Shown one piece after another: positions 55,725-64,000 of a DNA stretch of 64,000 nucleotides (position 1 is the stretch's first letter; the number at the start of each line of letters is the position of its first letter). The notes beneath the pieces are model-generated. The model was given only the letters and a program-made list of their open reading frames with translations. It had not been told where the DNA came from and did no database searches. The DNA comes from Archangiaceae bacterium (GTDB lineage: Bacteria > Myxococcota > Myxococcia > Myxococcales > Myxococcaceae): the NCBI GenBank assembly GCA_043750125.1, contig JAYVCD010000034.1:561-64560 (forward strand), written 5' to 3'. A program made the position numbers and the translations under genes.

Positions 55725-55741
55725 CCTGAACAAACGGGTAG
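55725..55741 (-). promoter_or_regulatory. LexA box (Myxococcus type)
   Basis: The minus strand reads CTACCCGTTTGTTCAGG. It matches CTRHAMRYBYGTTCAGS at 16 of 17 positions, about 50 nt upstream of the revised lexA start. Confidence 0.65.
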
Positions 55742-55839
55742 TGTCAAACTTTCAAGCCCATTCCCGCCGAACCCCCGTTGTTTCCACGTCTTTTTTTGCC
55801 GCACGGCCCCAATCGTGTTGGGTTGGTACCTGAAAGCAG

Positions 55840-56355
55840 ATGAGGCGACTCACCAAACGGGGGCTGTTTCTGGGAGCGCTGGCCTGCGTCAGCCTTGTTT
55901 CGTGCACCGGGCACACGGTGAAAGACGGCTACTTCACCAAGGGGTGGCTGCGTTACCGGGTGGCAACACCGGACCCCGGCCAATGGGAACAGGTGAAGTT
56001 TGTAGAGAATGATCTGGCCTGGGTGAACCGCAACACCGCCCACGTGCTGTCGGTCAACGCCACCTGCGACGAGCACGGAGACCCTGGGCTCGACGTGCTG
56101 ACCACCCACCTGCTCTTCGGCTTCACCGACCGGACCTTGAAGTCGCGCGAGACGAAGATGATCGACGGCCGCGAGGCGCTGCTGTCGAACTACGTCGCGA
56201 AGCTCGACGGCGTTCCGGTTGAAATTGATCTCGCGGTCCTGAAGAAGAACGACTGCGTGCATGACTTCATCTACGTCTCCCCCGCAGGGCGCGCGGGCGA
56301 GCACCGGCCCGAGTTCGACCGGTTGCTCGCGCAGTTCACGGCGGAAAAGACGTGA
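55840..56355 (+). CDS. Lipoprotein of unknown function, first gene of the Mla-like operon
   Basis: MRRLTKRGLFLGALACVSLVSC (lipobox). The stop overlaps the mlaE start. Confidence 0.55.
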   Translation: MRRLTKRGLFLGALACVSLVSCTGHTVKDGYFTKGWLRYRVATPDPGQWEQVKFVENDLAWVNRNTAHVLSVNATCDEHGDPGLDVLTTHLLFGFTDRTLKSRETKMIDGREALLSNYVAKLDGVPVEIDLAVLKKNDCVHDFIYVSPAGRAGEHRPEFDRLLAQFTAEKT

Positions 56356-57215
56356 GCGCCGACGACCCCCGCGACGGGCCTGCCGAAACGACCCAGCCTC
56401 ACGGGCTGCAGCCCGAGTTTGGCGACATGGTGCAGCAGGAACTCGAATCGCTGCTGCCCTTCACCGCCCGGGTGCGGCACTTCTTCGAGCAGCTGGGCGG
56501 AATGGTGGTGATGTCGATGCGGGCGCTGCGGCGGTCGCTGCATCGGCCCCTGGGCGTGGGCGACCTGGCGTACCAGATGGTCGCGCTGGGCCAGCGCTCG
56601 CTGTCGATTGCCACGCTGGTGGCGATCTTCGCCGGCCTCGTCATCTCGTTGCAGTTCGCCTACTTCCTCGCCCGCTTCGGAGTGCAGCACACCGTCGGGA
56701 AGGTGGTGGTGCTGACCTTGTTCCGCGAGCTGGGCCCGGTGCTGACCGCACTGACCGTCGGAGCGCGCATCGGCTCGGGGATTACCGCCGAGCTCGGCTC
56801 GATGAAGGTGACCGAACAGATCGACGCGATCTCGGCGCTGGGGGCGGACCCGATCAAGAAGCTGGTCGGTCCGCGGTTGATCGCCTGCACGCTGGTGCTG
56901 CCGGTGCTGACTGCGATGGCCGATGTCTTCGGGCTGATCGCCGGGTCGCTGGTGGTCCACAGCGAGTACGACATTCCTCTCGAGCAATTCTACCGGTCGG
57001 TGGTCGAGACCGCGACGCTCAGTGACTTCGGGTCGGGGATCGCCAAGAGCGCGATCTTCGGGTTCGTGATCGCCAGTGTGGGGTGCTTCAAGGGGTTCAA
57101 CGTCAGCGGAGGCACCGAAGGCGTCGGGCGGGCGACCACCGAGACGGTCGCGATCGCGTCGGTGGCGATCTGCCTTTCGGACTTCTTCCTCACCAAGCTG
57201 TTCCTCTCGCTGTGA
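56352..57215 (+). CDS. mlaE: MlaE-family ABC transporter permease
   Basis: RELGPVLTALTVGARIGSGITAELGSMKVTEQIDA is the MlaE signature region. Confidence 0.85.
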   Translation: MSADDPRDGPAETTQPHGLQPEFGDMVQQELESLLPFTARVRHFFEQLGGMVVMSMRALRRSLHRPLGVGDLAYQMVALGQRSLSIATLVAIFAGLVISLQFAYFLARFGVQHTVGKVVVLTLFRELGPVLTALTVGARIGSGITAELGSMKVTEQIDAISALGADPIKKLVGPRLIACTLVLPVLTAMADVFGLIAGSLVVHSEYDIPLEQFYRSVVETATLSDFGSGIAKSAIFGFVIASVGCFKGFNVSGGTEGVGRATTETVAIASVAICLSDFFLTKLFLSL

Positions 57216-57949
57216 GAGCCTTGATTCAGTACCGGGGGGTCTACAAGGCCTTCGGGAAGAAGAAGATCTTCGAAGGGCTCGACCTGGAAGTTCAAAAGGG
57301 CGAAACGCTGACGATCATCGGCGGCTCGGGCACGGGCAAGAGCGTGCTGATCAAGTGCTTGATCGGGCTGCTCAACCCCGACGCGGGCTCGATTGTCTTC
57401 GACGGGCAAGACGTGACCCAGCTGAACGAAGAGGGGTTACGGGCGGTGAGAAAGCGGGTCTCGATGGTCTTCCAGGGGTCGGCCCTGTTCGACTCGCTGA
57501 GCGTGGGCGAGAACATCGCGTACCCATTGAGAGAAAACATGCCCGAGCTGAGTGAAGAGGAAGTGCGCGCCCGGGTGGCGAAGAAGCTCGAGCTCGTCAA
57601 CCTCGCCGGAATCGAGCAGATGAAGCCGTCCGACCTGTCAGGCGGAATGCGAAAGCGGGTGGGGCTGGCGCGGGCGATTGCCACCGACCCCGAGGTGATC
57701 TTGTGGGACGAGCCGACCACCGGCCTCGACCCGATCAGCACCCGGGTGATTGACGAGCTGATCCTCTCGATGAAGAAAACGCTGGGCGCGACGAGCATCG
57801 TTGTTACCCACGATATGGACAGCGCATTTCGGGTCAGTGACCGGATGGCGATGCTGGCACGTCGCAAGATCGTCGAATCGGGCACTGTCGCGCAGATGCA
57901 GGGCTCGAAAAACCCCGACGTTCGAGCATTCTTCGACGCGAGGAAGTGA
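57212..57949 (+). CDS. mlaF: MlaF-family ABC transporter ATPase
   Basis: GTGA overlap. Contains GGSGTGKSVLIK, LSGGMRKRVGLARA and ILWDEPTTGLD. Confidence 0.9.
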   Translation: MRALIQYRGVYKAFGKKKIFEGLDLEVQKGETLTIIGGSGTGKSVLIKCLIGLLNPDAGSIVFDGQDVTQLNEEGLRAVRKRVSMVFQGSALFDSLSVGENIAYPLRENMPELSEEEVRARVAKKLELVNLAGIEQMKPSDLSGGMRKRVGLARAIATDPEVILWDEPTTGLDPISTRVIDELILSMKKTLGATSIVVTHDMDSAFRVSDRMAMLARRKIVESGTVAQMQGSKNPDVRAFFDARK

Positions 57950-57956
57950 GGAGACG

Positions 57957-59099
57957 ATGGCGAACCAGAGTCCAGCAGAGCGAGACCGACGAATCGTCAT
58001 CCGGGCCGGGCTCTTCGTCGGCCTGGGGCTGCTGCTGGCTGCGGTCGTCATTTTCTTGATCGGCAAAGAGCGCAACCTGTTCGACAAGCAGGTCGTCTAC
58101 TTCGGAGCGTTCGAGAACGTCGACGGCCTGGTGCTCGATGCGCCGGTGCGGTTGGGCGGCTTGCAGGTTGGGCGGGTGACGAAGATCAAATTCGCTCCGG
58201 ATCTGGGCGACAAACGAATCATGGTGACGATGGAAGTCGCCACCCAGTTCCGCGATCGCATTCGACGCGATTCGGTGGCCCGCGTGACCGGCCGTGGCGT
58301 GTTGGGGGACAAGGCGGTCGACATCTCGTTGGGGTCACCGGAGGCCGAGGCCATTGCCGGCGGAGGCGAAATCACCACCGGCACCTCGGGCGACATCTCG
58401 AGCTTGTTGAAGGCGACCGGAGAAATCATCGACAACGCCGTCGGGATCACCCGCGATCTGAAGTCGGGCGTGGCCGCGTATACCGCTCCGGCGGTCCGCA
58501 ATGACATCGCGGTGCTGGTGAAGAGCGCGCGCAACATCGTCGAGGAAATCGAGGCCGGCAAAGGGGTGGCCCACGCGTTGATCTACGACAAGCGCACCAC
58601 CGAGGAAGTCCGGGCCCTGTTGGCCTCGGCCAGCTCGAGCGCTGTGCGGCTCGATTCCGCCATTGGCCAGGCCGAGCTCATCTTGAAGGACATCCGCACC
58701 GGGAACGGCACCGCGCACGCCCTGATTTACGACCAGAAGATTGCCAGGGCGATCAACAGCCTGGGCGACGCTGCCGAAGAGGTCTCGACGCTGATCCACG
58801 ACGCGAAGACCACCAAGGACGGAGCGGTCTACCAGCTGGTGTACGGGGACGCGCGCTCGATGCTCGGAGACCTGGGGGTGGCCGCCCGGGACATTCGGGA
58901 CATCACCACCAAGATCAAAGCCGGCGAGGGCTCATTGGGTGGGGTGATCAATGATCCGACCGTCTACGAGGACCTCAAAGAAGTGCTCGGGAACGTCAAG
59001 CGCAACAAGATCCTTCGCGAGCTGGTGAGACTGTCGATCAGCAACGGCGAGAACCTCGACAAGGTCGGCAGGCCGGTTTCGGGTCCCACCGGCAAATAA
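57957..59099 (+). CDS. mlaD: MCE/MlaD-family substrate-binding protein with a long helical C-terminus
   Basis: N-terminal TM segment (AGLFVGLGLLLAAVVIFLIG), then an MCE domain (VDGLVLDAPVRLGGLQVGRVTKIKF). Confidence 0.8.
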   Translation: MANQSPAERDRRIVIRAGLFVGLGLLLAAVVIFLIGKERNLFDKQVVYFGAFENVDGLVLDAPVRLGGLQVGRVTKIKFAPDLGDKRIMVTMEVATQFRDRIRRDSVARVTGRGVLGDKAVDISLGSPEAEAIAGGGEITTGTSGDISSLLKATGEIIDNAVGITRDLKSGVAAYTAPAVRNDIAVLVKSARNIVEEIEAGKGVAHALIYDKRTTEEVRALLASASSSAVRLDSAIGQAELILKDIRTGNGTAHALIYDQKIARAINSLGDAAEEVSTLIHDAKTTKDGAVYQLVYGDARSMLGDLGVAARDIRDITTKIKAGEGSLGGVINDPTVYEDLKEVLGNVKRNKILRELVRLSISNGENLDKVGRPVSGPTGK

Positions 59100-59164
59100 C
59101 CGCGGTGTAGTCGCGGCCCCCACCCCCCCTTCAGTTTTTTGTCCGGTGTGGACTGGCGCATACA

Positions 59165-62100
59165 ATGCTCAGCACCTTGCCGCGCCCCACGTTGTTGTTC
59201 GTCGATGATGAGGCGAACGTCCTCGAAGTGCTGACCCGGATGTTCGAGAAGCGCTTTGACGTCGTCTGCGCCCATTCCGGAATGGAAGCGCTCGAGATCC
59301 TGAAGTGCCGCTCGATCGATCTGCTGCTCACTGATCAGAAGATGCCCGAGATGACCGGCATTCAGCTCGCGCGGGCGGCGCGAGAGCTGGGAATCGAGGT
59401 GACGACGATTCTGCTCACCGCGTACACCGACCCCACCGAGATCATCGCGGCGATCAACGAAGGGCAGGTCTACCGGTACGTCACCAAGCCGTGGGACGTG
59501 AACGACCTGTCGATGACGGTGAAGAACGCGATCGAGTCGGTCGAGCTGAAGAAAGAAAAAAACCGGTTGCTCGAGAGCCTTCACAAGCGAATCGAGGCAC
59601 TCAACGTCCTCTACGAAGTCAGCCGCACCAGCGCCGGTGATGCGCACTCACTCGAAGCGATCGTCGACCGGTTGTTGTCGGTGGTGGGCCGGGTGCTGCC
59701 TCACGACGTGAGCGCGGTGGTGATCGAGGCAGGCGACGGCCGAAGCGCGTCGTTGAGGATTCGCTGCCGCGCGGTGGTGTCGGAAAAGGCGTTGATTCAC
59801 GTGAAGGAATCGGTGCTGTCGGCCCATCGCAAGAGCGCAGGGGTGCTGCTGCCCGAAGAGAAGATGCTGACCCACATCATGGGCAACACCACGCCCGATC
59901 CCGCCGCGCCGACGGGGTTTCCCAGCGCGCTGTCCGTGCCCCTGGTCGCCACCGGTCGGGTGGTCGGGACGCTGTCGATCTTCTCGGCCAACGCCACCTA
60001 CGCGTTGGAAGACGGTGAGCTGCTGGACCTGCTGGTGAACCAGACGACCGACGCGATCGATCACCTGCGCGCAGCCGAGCTCGCGGCGCGCCGCCGGATC
60101 GAGCGAATGGTCGAGGCGATGGCCGACGGGGTGATGCTGCTCGATGAGAAGAACGAGCTGGTGGTCGTCAACCCCGCTGCCCGCAAGCTGCTGCAGTTGA
60201 CGGGCGAACCAGCGCACCTCACCCCCAGACATCTGGCCGAGAAGCTCGGGTTTGCTCCGTGGGACATGGTCCGGGGCTGGGAATACGGAGGGCAGAAATC
60301 CTTTCGCGACGAGCTGAAGCTCTTTGATCGCACCGTGCACCTGACTGTCAACCCGGTGGCCGAAGAGTCTGGGGCCCTGCGCGGGGTCGTCGTCGTGCTG
60401 CGCGACATCAGCGAACAAAAGGCCCTGGAAGAGCGCAAAGACGAGTTCGTGCAGATGGTCAGCCACGAGCTGCGCACTCCGTTGACTTCGATTACCGGAG
60501 CGCTCGACCTGGTGCTCAACCACATCACAGGGGAAGTGAACCTCAAGCAGCGCCGCTTTCTCGACATGGCGCGCGAGTCGACCGAGAAGCTCAACGCGCT
60601 GGTCGATGACTTGCTCGACCTGTCGAAGTTCGCCAACAAGAAGATGCGCATGAGCTTCGAGTTCACCCACCTCGACGAGCTGGTGAAGCGCGCAGTCGAG
60701 AAGTACGGCCCGGCGATGAACGCCAAGCGGTTGACCGTGCGGGTTCCGCCGTCCGATGGGCCGATGAAGAGCCTGGTCGACCCCAACCGCATCACCCAGG
60801 TGCTCAACAACCTGCTGACCAACGCGGTGAAGTTCACGCCCCACGGCGGTGAAGTGTCGATCGCGTTGACTCACGCCCTCGATGCGCCCGGCTTCGTCAG
60901 CCTGAGCGTGTCGAATTCCGGAGACCCGATCGCGGAAGCCGACCTCGAACGGATCTTCGACCGCTTCGAGCAGGCGCGTTCGGCCAAGACCCAGGCCATT
61001 CGGGGCACCGGCCTGGGCCTGTCGATTTGCCGCAACATCGTCGAAGGCCACGGCGGTCGGATCTGGGCCGAGCCGGTAGCGACCGGCGCGCGCTTCATCG
61101 TCGTTCTTCCGGTCGAACCCGGGGCCGAACAGCTCAACCCGGTGGACCCGATGCCGCAGGTCGGCCCGCGGGTGGTGCGGGGCACGGTGCTGGTCGTCGA
61201 AGACAACCCGACGCTGGCGTGGATACTCAAAGCGACGCTGATCGCCCGCCAGTTCAAGGTGGTGATTGCCCACTCGGGTGAGGAAGCGCTGACGGTCGCC
61301 CGCACGCTCAAGCCCGACGTGATCACCCTCGACATTCGGCTGCCGGACATCGACGGGCTGAAGCTCGCCGACATCTTTCGCCACGACCCTGAGACGAAGC
61401 ACGCACGGATGATGGTGATTTCCGGTTTCCACGAGCGCGAAACGGCGATGCGCGCCGGAGCCAGAGGGTTTCTGCTCAAACCGATCAACCCCGAGACCCT
61501 GGTCGCCTCGGTCGAGTCGCTGATGGCCGTCACCACCCGTCGCAAGGGCAGCGTGCTGGTGATCGACGACGACGCGCAGATCCGCGCGATTTGCGTGGAA
61601 GTGATGCACAACCTCGGCTTCGAGGCAGACCAGGCGGGCACGTTGGCCGAAGCGCGACGGGTCATCGCCGACAAGCGGCCGGACCTTCTGCTGCTCGACG
61701 TGATGCTTCCGGACGGCGATGGGTTCAGCTTTTTCGAGGAACTGAAGGCCGAGCGAGCCTCGAGCCCGCTGTCGGTGATCTTCGTCTCGGCCCGTACTGA
61801 AACCACGTCCAAGGTCCGGGCGCTGAAGCTGGGCGGCGACGACTACCTTACCAAGCCGTTCGATGCGCTCGAGCTGGGAGCCCGCGTCGAGTCGGTGCTC
61901 CGAAGGCGGACGGAAGAAGGCTCGCCCTCGCCCACCACGATGTTGCCCGGCTCGGGAGCGATCGAGCGCGAGGTCCAGCGGCGGGTCAAGTCGCGGGAAG
62001 CGTTCGCGTTCTGCTACCTCGATCTCGACAACCTCAAGGCCTACAACGACTACTACGGCTTTGCGAAAGCAGACGGGGTCGTCCGTCAGACCGCAGACCT

Positions 62101-62494
62101 GATGCGCGAGATCATGACCATCCACGGCAAGCCGGGTGACTTCCTGGGGCACGTAGCCGGTGACGACTTCGTCTTCATCACCACCGAGCAGACGTGTGAC
62201 CCGGTGTGCCGGCGAGCGATCGAGGCTTTCGATCGGATCATTCCGCTCTACTACGACCGGACGGATCGAGACCGGGGCTACATCGAAACGGACGATCGTT
62301 TTGGCGAGAAGCGCCGGTTTCCGATCATGAGCGTCTCGGTGGTGGCGGTGATGTCGTCCGGCCAGTCCGACCACTCGGACCTCGCGCGCCAGGCGGCTGA
62401 CTTGAAGAAGCGCGCCAAAGCGGTGGTGGGCAGTGTGTTTCTGCGCAGCGATCGCGACCCGCCTCCGGGGAAGCCGATCGTGAAGAGCGCGTGA
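59165..62494 (+). CDS. Hybrid sensor: REC-GAF-PAS-HisKA-HATPase-REC-REC-degenerate GGDEF
   Basis: 1109 aa. REC1 has VYRYVTKPWD. H-box VSHELRTPLTSITG. HATPase GTGLGLSICRNIVEGHGG. Two further REC domains (LDIRLPDIDG, LDVMLPDGDG). The C-terminal domain reads DLDNLKAYNDYYGF...GHVAGDDFVFI. Confidence 0.85.
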   Translation: MLSTLPRPTLLFVDDEANVLEVLTRMFEKRFDVVCAHSGMEALEILKCRSIDLLLTDQKMPEMTGIQLARAARELGIEVTTILLTAYTDPTEIIAAINEGQVYRYVTKPWDVNDLSMTVKNAIESVELKKEKNRLLESLHKRIEALNVLYEVSRTSAGDAHSLEAIVDRLLSVVGRVLPHDVSAVVIEAGDGRSASLRIRCRAVVSEKALIHVKESVLSAHRKSAGVLLPEEKMLTHIMGNTTPDPAAPTGFPSALSVPLVATGRVVGTLSIFSANATYALEDGELLDLLVNQTTDAIDHLRAAELAARRRIERMVEAMADGVMLLDEKNELVVVNPAARKLLQLTGEPAHLTPRHLAEKLGFAPWDMVRGWEYGGQKSFRDELKLFDRTVHLTVNPVAEESGALRGVVVVLRDISEQKALEERKDEFVQMVSHELRTPLTSITGALDLVLNHITGEVNLKQRRFLDMARESTEKLNALVDDLLDLSKFANKKMRMSFEFTHLDELVKRAVEKYGPAMNAKRLTVRVPPSDGPMKSLVDPNRITQVLNNLLTNAVKFTPHGGEVSIALTHALDAPGFVSLSVSNSGDPIAEADLERIFDRFEQARSAKTQAIRGTGLGLSICRNIVEGHGGRIWAEPVATGARFIVVLPVEPGAEQLNPVDPMPQVGPRVVRGTVLVVEDNPTLAWILKATLIARQFKVVIAHSGEEALTVARTLKPDVITLDIRLPDIDGLKLADIFRHDPETKHARMMVISGFHERETAMRAGARGFLLKPINPETLVASVESLMAVTTRRKGSVLVIDDDAQIRAICVEVMHNLGFEADQAGTLAEARRVIADKRPDLLLLDVMLPDGDGFSFFEELKAERASSPLSVIFVSARTETTSKVRALKLGGDDYLTKPFDALELGARVESVLRRRTEEGSPSPTTMLPGSGAIEREVQRRVKSREAFAFCYLDLDNLKAYNDYYGFAKADGVVRQTADLMREIMTIHGKPGDFLGHVAGDDFVFITTEQTCDPVCRRAIEAFDRIIPLYYDRTDRDRGYIETDDRFGEKRRFPIMSVSVVAVMSSGQSDHSDLARQAADLKKRAKAVVGSVFLRSDRDPPPGKPIVKSA

Positions 62495-62495
62495 C

Positions 62496-64000
62496 GTGCG
62501 GCTTTCGCAGCAGCTGATCCTCTTCATGTTGGCGGCGGCGGTCCTTCCCCTGTCCGGGGTGGGGTTCTGGCTGTTGCAGCGGTCAGAAGCCGAGCTGTCG
62601 GTTCGACTCGAGCACGAGCAGCGCGCGGTCGCCGAGGCGGCAGCGGAAGGCGCGGCCGCTCAGCTGATGGCCGCGATCAACGGGCTTTCGATCTCGGCGG
62701 GCTTGATCGACTGGCGGGCGGTGAGCGCCGACGAGGCGCGCGGCGGGTTGCAGCTGCTTGCCGCCCAGTCCGACCTCATCGCCGCGGTGGCCCTGGTCGA
62801 CCCGAAACGGGAAGCCGCGCTCGAGCCGGTGCCAGGGGGCAGCGGGCACCCTTCCTTCGATTCGAAGATCGATCGAGCCCGGCTGCTCATTGCGCTGCCG
62901 TTCGATTCGCTGGGCCTGCATGGCGACCGGGGCCAGGTGGCGGTCGGTACGGCCCTCGCGCTGGGGGCGTTTCCGGCGCTGCCCATCGCGGTCCAGGTCT
63001 CGGAAGGGGGCAAGGACGCCGCGTTCGTGGTCGCTTTTGTCGGGTTGCAGGGCCTGGCCCTTCGGCTCGCCGCGCGGGCTTCCTCGACAGCAGGTCAGCT
63101 GCAGCTGGTCGACCCGGAAGGACGGGTGGTGGCCAGCTCGTCGCAAAGTACCCTGCTCGAGGCGCTGTCTCCGGCGCGGTTGGAAGTGGTCAACAGCGGA
63201 CAGGAAAACGGGCGGACCTCGGAAGGCGAGCGGGTGGCGGTCGCCCGGGTTCCCGAGCGGCTCGGGTTGAGCGCGGTGGTCTTCCTCCCCGAGAGCGCAG
63301 CGCTGCAGCCGGTGCGTGCGCTGCGCAAGACGGTGCTCTGGGGCATCGGCACCACGTTGGGTTTTCTGGTGACCGTGGGGCTGTTCTTCACCCGAAGGCT
63401 GAACCGCCGCCTGAAGCTCGTCGGGGGAGCGGCCGAGGCCTATGCGCGCGGCGAGCTGTCGACCCGCATTGAAGTCGGAGGCCAGGACGAGCTGGCAGAG
63501 TTGGCCGACATCTTCAACCGCATGGGAGCCGAGCTCGAAGCCGCCCGCGGGCGACTGCTGAAGTGGAATGACGATTTGAAAGCGAGGGTCGACGAGGCGA
63601 CGGCCGACCTCCGCGCGGCCCAGGGCCAGCTGGTCGAAGCGCAGAAGCTGGCGGCGATAGGTCAGCTGGGTGCTGGCGTGGCGCACGAGATCAACAACCC
63701 GCTCTGCGGGATTCTCGGCAACGCCCAGCTGATGATGCTCGATCGCTCCGAGACCGACGAAGACTTCGATCTGCTCAAGAAAATCGAAGAGAGCGCCAAG
63801 CGGTGCCGGGACATCACTCAGAACCTGCTCCGGTTTTCTCAGAGCACCGCGCGGGCAGAACGCCGCCAGCTCGATTTGAACGCAGTGGTGCGCAGCAGCC
63901 TGGCCTTCGAGCAGCCGCGGTTCGAAGAGACGAAGGTTTTGGTGAGCTCACGCCTGTCGGCCGCCCCGATGCAGGTGTGGGCCGACCCCGAGCTGATTGC
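62496..64000 (+). CDS. Sensor histidine kinase with periplasmic domain and HAMP (partial, runs off the window end)
   Basis: This ORF is not in the ORF track because it is open-ended. GTG 62496 gives VRLSQQLILFMLAAAVLPLSGVGFWLL. There is a second TM segment near 63340-63390, a HAMP region (RRLKLVGGAAEAYARGELSTRIEV), and the H-box LGAGVAHEINNPL. Confidence 0.75.
   Translation, partial: MRLSQQLILFMLAAAVLPLSGVGFWLLQRSEAELSVRLEHEQRAVAEAAAEGAAAQLMAAINGLSISAGLIDWRAVSADEARGGLQLLAAQSDLIAAVALVDPKREAALEPVPGGSGHPSFDSKIDRARLLIALPFDSLGLHGDRGQVAVGTALALGAFPALPIAVQVSEGGKDAAFVVAFVGLQGLALRLAARASSTAGQLQLVDPEGRVVASSSQSTLLEALSPARLEVVNSGQENGRTSEGERVAVARVPERLGLSAVVFLPESAALQPVRALRKTVLWGIGTTLGFLVTVGLFFTRRLNRRLKLVGGAAEAYARGELSTRIEVGGQDELAELADIFNRMGAELEAARGRLLKWNDDLKARVDEATADLRAAQGQLVEAQKLAAIGQLGAGVAHEINNPLCGILGNAQLMMLDRSETDEDFDLLKKIEESAKRCRDITQNLLRFSQSTARAERRQLDLNAVVRSSLAFEQPRFEETKVLVSSRLSAAPMQVWADPELI

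Overview
High-GC, gene-dense bacterial chromosome segment. About 65 protein genes, no rRNA, tRNA, CRISPR or obvious mobile element. Lineage markers point to Myxococcota: a MYXO-CTERM-type sorting tail, a Myxococcus-type LexA box, many two-component genes and frequent 4-nt stop/start overlaps. The content is mostly core metabolism: class II ribonucleotide reductase with NrdR boxes; nrdR-ribD; rpmF-fabHDG-acpP-fabF; rpiB; glyA; trxA-mgtE; tatA; ppk/ppx; lexA; and an Mla/MCE lipid transporter. A roughly 9-kb Pho cluster runs phoB-phoR-phosphoesterase-phoB paralog-porin-pstSCAB-phoU. Items worth follow-up: (1) a four-gene unit at 49783-55001 (secreted protein, ADAM-like metzincin with Cys-rich modules and a MYXO-CTERM tail, orphan GspE/PilB-type ATPase, TPR lipoprotein); (2) two QueD/PTPS paralogs, about 60% identical, neither in a queuosine context, one heading a QueD-FolE(variant)-SDR-FAD oxidase operon; (3) a sigma54/two-component island between them, with sigma54-like promoters placed almost on the start codons; (4) a non-coding 67-bp tandem repeat array at 10441-10745; (5) a 1109-aa REC-GAF-PAS-HK-REC-REC sensor ending in a degenerate GGDEF domain (AGDDF). 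Everything was done by eye from the ORF track and the sequence. No database search was possible, so family names rest on recognised motifs, and start codons are manual choices. No system here can be called novel without synteny and HMM checks.
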